Shown piece after piece: positions 60,201-64,000 of a DNA stretch of 64,000 bases. A program made the position numbers and the translations under genes. Positions within the stretch are counted from its first letter, which is position 1. The number at the start of each line of letters is the position of its first letter. The notes below the pieces were generated by a model. It saw only the letters and a program-made list of their open reading frames with translations. It did no database searches and was not told where the DNA came from. Origin of the DNA: Blastocatellia bacterium (GTDB lineage: Bacteria > Acidobacteriota > Blastocatellia > UBA7656); contig CAVXWP010000001.1 in NCBI GenBank assembly GCA_963765495.1, forward strand, positions 992,001 to 1,056,000, given 5' to 3'.

Positions 60201-62744
60201 CACTCCGAATACAGCGGCAGCGCGGTTACGTTGACGGATCAGGTGAATCGAAAGATCAAGCGCGAAGGCGACGGATTGGGAAGGCTCGTGGAAGTGACCG
60301 AGCAAGACGGAACAGGCGCGCTGACGCAGGAAACAGACTATAGCTACGACCTGTTCGACCGCCTGGCAGAGGTCAATCAGGGCGGTCAGACTCGCGCTTA
60401 CAAATACGATGGCCTGGGACGGTTGCTATATGAGCGCATCCCCGAACAGAGCGCCACAATTAACGACGGGACAGGCACGTTGTGGTCATCGAAGTTCACA
60501 TATACCGACTTTAACGCCGTTGCTACGGCAACCGATGCGCGGGGGGTTGTAATAACCTACGGCTATGACGATTTGAACCGACTCATCTCGATTAGCTATG
60601 ACACGAGCAACGCGCCCGGTGTGGCTTCGACATCCACAGTCAATTACAATTATGATACGGACGAAAACAGCCCAACCACAGGTCTGCTGCTTTCAGTTGA
60701 GATAGGCTCACTTGCCGGGGGCGGCTACAAGGAAGAGTACGGCTATGACGGTTTTACCCGCCTCTCTTCGATAAAGCGATGGTTCAGCCCCTCTCAAAGC
60801 TACACGACCAGCTATCAATACAACGCGGCCTCGCAGAGGAAACAACTCACCTACCCATCGGGCAGAGTCGAAAGCTATTCCTATGACGACAAGGGAAGAC
60901 TAAGCTCAGGGGGAGGGTTGAAAGAGATCGCTTACAGCATCTCAGGCCAGATAACAAGCTCTCGCATAGGCGAATACAACCCCAATCCCAATGATGACAT
61001 TTACGTCGTTGAGAACTACACCTACAACGCCGAGCGAATGCAGTTGATCTCGCAGACGGCGACCAGACACTGGACCACCTGCACAGGGTCGGGCAAGACG
61101 CTAACCTGCACACCGCAAACGAGCGAGATTATGAATCTGAGCTATGACTACGAGGCGGCAGCCGGTGAGATGGGAGCAGGCTCGACATCGGGCAACGCGG
61201 GGCAGTTGATGTCAGTGACCGGGACTATCGATTCACAGCCCGAGAGCGCAGTCTATACCTACGACAATCTCGGCAGGCTTGTGACAAGCTCACAGACCAC
61301 AAACACAGTGAGCGCCGAGCGGCGATATGAGTATGACAGGTGGGGCAACCGCACAGGGATGTGGGATCAGACCACAGGCGGCTCTCAGATACAAAGCCTC
61401 AGCTTGGAGCAATCAGCCGGAGCGCCGACAAACCGCATCACAAACCTGAGCAATCCGTCCGGCACATCGGCCTACAGCTATGACGAGGCAGGCAATGTGA
61501 CAGGGGACGGTTTGCACAGCTACACATACGACGCGGAGAACCGGCTCGTCAGCGTGGATTTTGGGGCAACGGCTCTCTACAGCTACGATCAGGCAAACAG
61601 GCGATACAAGAGAGTCGTGGGGTCATCGAGCAGGCACTACATCTTTGAAGGGAGTCAGGTGATAGCCGAGCACGAGGGGAGCACAGGAGCCGTCGAGGTA
61701 GAGTACATCTATGCGGGCAATCGTATGGTAGCCAGAGTAGAATCGGGTGAGACGAGATATTATCTGAGAGACAGGTTGAGCGCGAGGGTGACGCTTGACG
61801 AGCAGATGAGTGTGGCAGGCAGGCAAGCACATCTGCCGTTTGGAGAAGAGTTGGGATTGAGCGGAGAACAGGAGAAGCACAGGTTTACAAGTTATGAGCG
61901 AGAGGGTGAGACGGGGCTTGATTATGCGATAAACAGGTGGTACTCGCCCGTAGTGGGAAGATTCCTGCAAGCAGACCCGTATGAGGGGAGCAATGATTTG
62001 AAGGACCCGCGAAGTTGGAATAGATATAGCTACACGCGAAATGTGGTGACAAACAGGGTAGACCCGTTGGGGCTGGATGATATACCGCCTGATCCTTGTC
62101 CAAATGGTTGTGATGATGAAAGTGTAATAACGCTAAGCGGGTGGGATTATTACCCCTATGGATGGGGAACCGGCGTTGGAGGAGTTGGTGCCCCTAGTCC
62201 GAGAAGTATAGACGGGCACAGCACCGGTCCAGGCGGGCTGGGTTATGCTGGCGCGGCGCGAAAGCATATAAAGAAAAAGTTCAAGCGGAAGTTTCCGTGT
62301 AAGAAAAATGCCGTGGCGGCAATGGAAGAGCTAAAGAAACGTTTCACGACCTTAGCCAGCTATACAAGTTCTAATGGTTCGTTCATAAATTTTGAAAACG
62401 TCCAGATTGCAAATGGCGCGACGATATCAATTTTGACTTCGCTCGTAATTAGTATGTTCCCAGACAGTATCCCCCTCTTTACTCGATTTCATGTAGATGT
62501 GATAAGGGAAAGCCCTACGAGTTGGACTTTTGGAACTCAGCGGGATCATGTCTTTTACCCAGGGACCATAAGATTTAGCCTGGCTGACAAGGGTAACGGA
62601 AAAGTCAAGTTTTCTATTGATCTTGAAGGTGAGACCAATGGAACGTCAGGCACTCTCGGCTACCTTATTGGAGGCGGTAGCTTCGAGGACGAATTATGGG
62701 ATAACCTAATCAATAGAGTGAAGACAGAAATCTGTGGAGAGTAA
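57216..62744 (+). CDS. Rhs/YD-repeat polymorphic protein with an N-terminal Ig-like domain
   Basis: YD repeats (YDAMGR, YDALGR), core motifs HLPFGEE, FTSYERE.ETGLDYAINRWY..GRFLQADP, and NRVDPLG followed by a ~220-aa variable C-terminus. Alternative start at 57249. Confidence 0.95.
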   Translation: MYTAVQAQENSMYTAQLSSRFETILRLSLKLLRCIFSRKLLCFALILNLFMWPGSQIALKQIPVFASAAVNTTATSLNYVSPLLSRLFSSTASTAQRRREKLADRLTHVSNIEISPGRLVAYEGESIIFTALPTDFAGRAVQGVKLTWGSSSPDKVRIDDSGQATFLQPGLAMVTCRAGAAAADAQVLIRSGQRPRQTDQEWLADQESFVGVNTYGKTASHGIALANALLNKLVPTAHAQPGVGFGTPSDIFYDEFYDEPRNLIGAPRNRISESTRLGIVHPEASNFNLTVPLLSLGGRGLGAGLSLLYNSRVWFRHGNTVTFNPVAGWPGPGFSLGPGRIDTYGPTTSLKYVLIDADGTRHYLGQGGSASQTVTLQTSDGTQITYVGNASTGGTLYSKDGTQVIISITNNRLLPVRIQDSNGNYITFGYMQASTTISPLAISYITDTLGRIIHFFYDSNGHLTSITAPGFGGTSQNPVTRTAAQFDYQSLSMSSSFSGLTVENAPSGPIQVLRRIVFPETGTGYLFTYSAYGMIYDYSLRKEMIDANGNVGDGTEQANVSFNYPTTGSSLTDAPAFTQRTETATDSPTSIYTYSDSTDSVAQTRTFVITRPDSSTLHLTRSTDSTSSANGLLVQSEIKDGGQISFGRSVYAYANDPGGSVQAQSVVNYDDAGAPTKIDFDYDQYGNLINSREYGYQTGGVWQVRRRTHITYKTDASYISAYLRNLMTLTEILDGQQNTNDADDVLTGKTSYTYDDYQAMGGMEDYNGAAAPPGHLSAYDASLTVRGNVTGKTEWIDLGANTSITHLSKYDIFGNVVKTQVSCCNEQSFTNEEENYWSQPIYVIKGSPSGVYLTTSLTDDFNTGLRVEKTDPNNQTISYSYNQAMLPTQMDLPTGASQTNDYDFDNLIYSKTLGYDDGGVTKTVTATDKYDGWGRLIESVDANGGQVNITYDAMGRVISRTNPFTPGQQPGPASTYEYDALGRVTVNTFPDGSTVHSEYSGSAVTLTDQVNRKIKREGDGLGRLVEVTEQDGTGALTQETDYSYDLFDRLAEVNQGGQTRAYKYDGLGRLLYERIPEQSATINDGTGTLWSSKFTYTDFNAVATATDARGVVITYGYDDLNRLISISYDTSNAPGVASTSTVNYNYDTDENSPTTGLLLSVEIGSLAGGGYKEEYGYDGFTRLSSIKRWFSPSQSYTTSYQYNAASQRKQLTYPSGRVESYSYDDKGRLSSGGGLKEIAYSISGQITSSRIGEYNPNPNDDIYVVENYTYNAERMQLISQTATRHWTTCTGSGKTLTCTPQTSEIMNLSYDYEAAAGEMGAGSTSGNAGQLMSVTGTIDSQPESAVYTYDNLGRLVTSSQTTNTVSAERRYEYDRWGNRTGMWDQTTGGSQIQSLSLEQSAGAPTNRITNLSNPSGTSAYSYDEAGNVTGDGLHSYTYDAENRLVSVDFGATALYSYDQANRRYKRVVGSSSRHYIFEGSQVIAEHEGSTGAVEVEYIYAGNRMVARVESGETRYYLRDRLSARVTLDEQMSVAGRQAHLPFGEELGLSGEQEKHRFTSYEREGETGLDYAINRWYSPVVGRFLQADPYEGSNDLKDPRSWNRYSYTRNVVTNRVDPLGLDDIPPDPCPNGCDDESVITLSGWDYYPYGWGTGVGGVGAPSPRSIDGHSTGPGGLGYAGAARKHIKKKFKRKFPCKKNAVAAMEELKKRFTTLASYTSSNGSFINFENVQIANGATISILTSLVISMFPDSIPLFTRFHVDVIRESPTSWTFGTQRDHVFYPGTIRFSLADKGNGKVKFSIDLEGETNGTSGTLGYLIGGGSFEDELWDNLINRVKTEICGE

Positions 62745-62901
62745 ACGCATGAAGGGAAGGTAAATTTGGACAATGTAGAACCCAGGTTGGGGGCGAAGCC
62801 GAGTGAGAGTGGCCCAACGCCCTTGGACAAGACCAACCGGAAGATAGATATTTATGCCTTGTACATTTGTGTGAATGTATAGCAGTTTTCGATTGCGTTT
62901 A

Positions 62902-62978
62902 GCTGTAGGGGCAACCCGAATGAATACATTTTATGAATGAATACATTTTATTATAGTTGCCCGGACCGCCCCTACAGC
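62902..62978. repeat. GTAG-type REP-like element with an internal 17-bp duplication
   Basis: gctgtaggggc...gcccctacagc ends; gaatgaatacattttat x2 (62918-62951). Confidence 0.7.
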
Positions 62979-63031
62979 CTACATCCATTTGAAAACCACT
63001 ATAGATAACGGCAGAGGGGAAGTAAGCAAAT

Positions 63032-63508
63032 ATGACTATAACTGTTAGAACCGCAAGCCTGATAGTTTTCTTTATCGTGTGTATGGACTTCTTTAGCGCT
63101 TTGGGAATTCCCCAGATGCAAAGTCAAGCTAACGAGAAGTTGAATTTAATTCTGGAATCTATCTCTAAGACCTCTCCCGAAGGAATTCAGATCATTGAGG
63201 AAGCTCTCGATAAATATCCAGTAGTCAATGGGAAGCGTTCAACAAGAACCCTTTTGGAGATCATTGAAGAGTATTCAGTGAGGCGACGGGTATATAATAT
63301 TAATCCTATTGGCTGGTATGCGTCGCGCTCGAAGAATCATCTTTGGAGAATAGTATTTTATTACCAGGATTACCAAAAAGAATACCAGTCGGCAGAATGG
63401 CAATATGAGGCCGATACAAAGGAATTACGCTCTTTCGAAAGCAAGAATGCTCCACAATTCTGGACAAGTGCGCCGAGAGAAGAAACAAGCTCATTGAACC
63501 AAGAATAG
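63032..63508 (+). CDS. exported hypothetical protein (possible immunity-type)
   Basis: AT-rich ORF with a signal/TM N-terminus and an RBS. Confidence 0.7.
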   Translation: MTITVRTASLIVFFIVCMDFFSALGIPQMQSQANEKLNLILESISKTSPEGIQIIEEALDKYPVVNGKRSTRTLLEIIEEYSVRRRVYNINPIGWYASRSKNHLWRIVFYYQDYQKEYQSAEWQYEADTKELRSFESKNAPQFWTSAPREETSSLNQE

Positions 63509-63611
63509 GAACTGCTCTGTACAGACCCAGAGGCAGATATGTCAAATCAACCATTTTTAGCAGGACATCTGATCGGGATCACTTGATCTGTACCTGCTTT
63601 GGAGCTTGGGC

Positions 63612-63977
63612 ATGATACTTTTCATCTATGTATTTTGCATAGCTACACCCATCGGCGCATATGTAGGATGGCTCACAGGGGCATTAATAAAGAGAGTCCT
63701 GCATGAAAACAGGCCAAGGGTTATTCTTGACGTGGTTATTGGCGCTATTGGATTTCTCGTCACCTCATTTATTTCGTTTCCTTACGTGAAATCTTACACT
63801 GAAGAAAAATGGATGAATGGTCAATTAGTATATAAGAAGACAACAGGATTTTCGGGACTCTTCCTCTTATATGGGCTTCTGGGAACTGCAATCCTGGTTA
63901 TAGTTGTTCATTTGGGTATAAAAGCCTGGAGAAAGTTGGACCGCACTGGCCACGTAGCAAAAACTGATGCTGAGTAA
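63612..63977 (+). CDS. 3-TM membrane protein, GlsB/YeaQ-like pattern (possible immunity-type)
   Basis: YVGWLTG..ILDVVIGAIGFLV and a GGAG RBS. Confidence 0.65.
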   Translation: MILFIYVFCIATPIGAYVGWLTGALIKRVLHENRPRVILDVVIGAIGFLVTSFISFPYVKSYTEEKWMNGQLVYKKTTGFSGLFLLYGLLGTAILVIVVHLGIKAWRKLDRTGHVAKTDAE

Positions 63978-64000
63978 TGTATAAGGCACACCGCAAACGA

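Overview
Bacterial chromosomal window, most likely Acidobacteriota (Blastocatellia-like). This is inferred from the PadR + ADOP permease pair and the lineage-typical secreted and TPR proteins. It is mostly core metabolism and envelope genes (ppc, pccB, cysS, ilvE, kdsC, acs, recO, sucC, korAB) with two accessory segments. The first (~3.1-10.8 kb) separates an OmpR-type two-component pair from a phosphoesterase-TolC-RND operon, and both carry the same promoter motif. The second (~55.8-64 kb) holds a Crp/Fnr gene, a PrfA-like box, a structured leader and a 1842-aa Rhs protein with an unrecognised C-terminus. The strongest unexplained signal is non-coding: about 16 intergenic elements built from inverted arms of short tandem repeats. 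They fall into at least five families (TGATRCG, GGGGYCR, CAAATCT, GACRCGGR, GACAGGATK), and most start 0-10 nt from a stop codon. Four share a conserved ~50-nt structured core. One pair of arms appears to enclose a whole gene with its own promoter and a uORF/terminator leader. No tRNA, rRNA, CRISPR array, transposase or integrase was seen. All product calls come from motif recognition by eye, not database searches.
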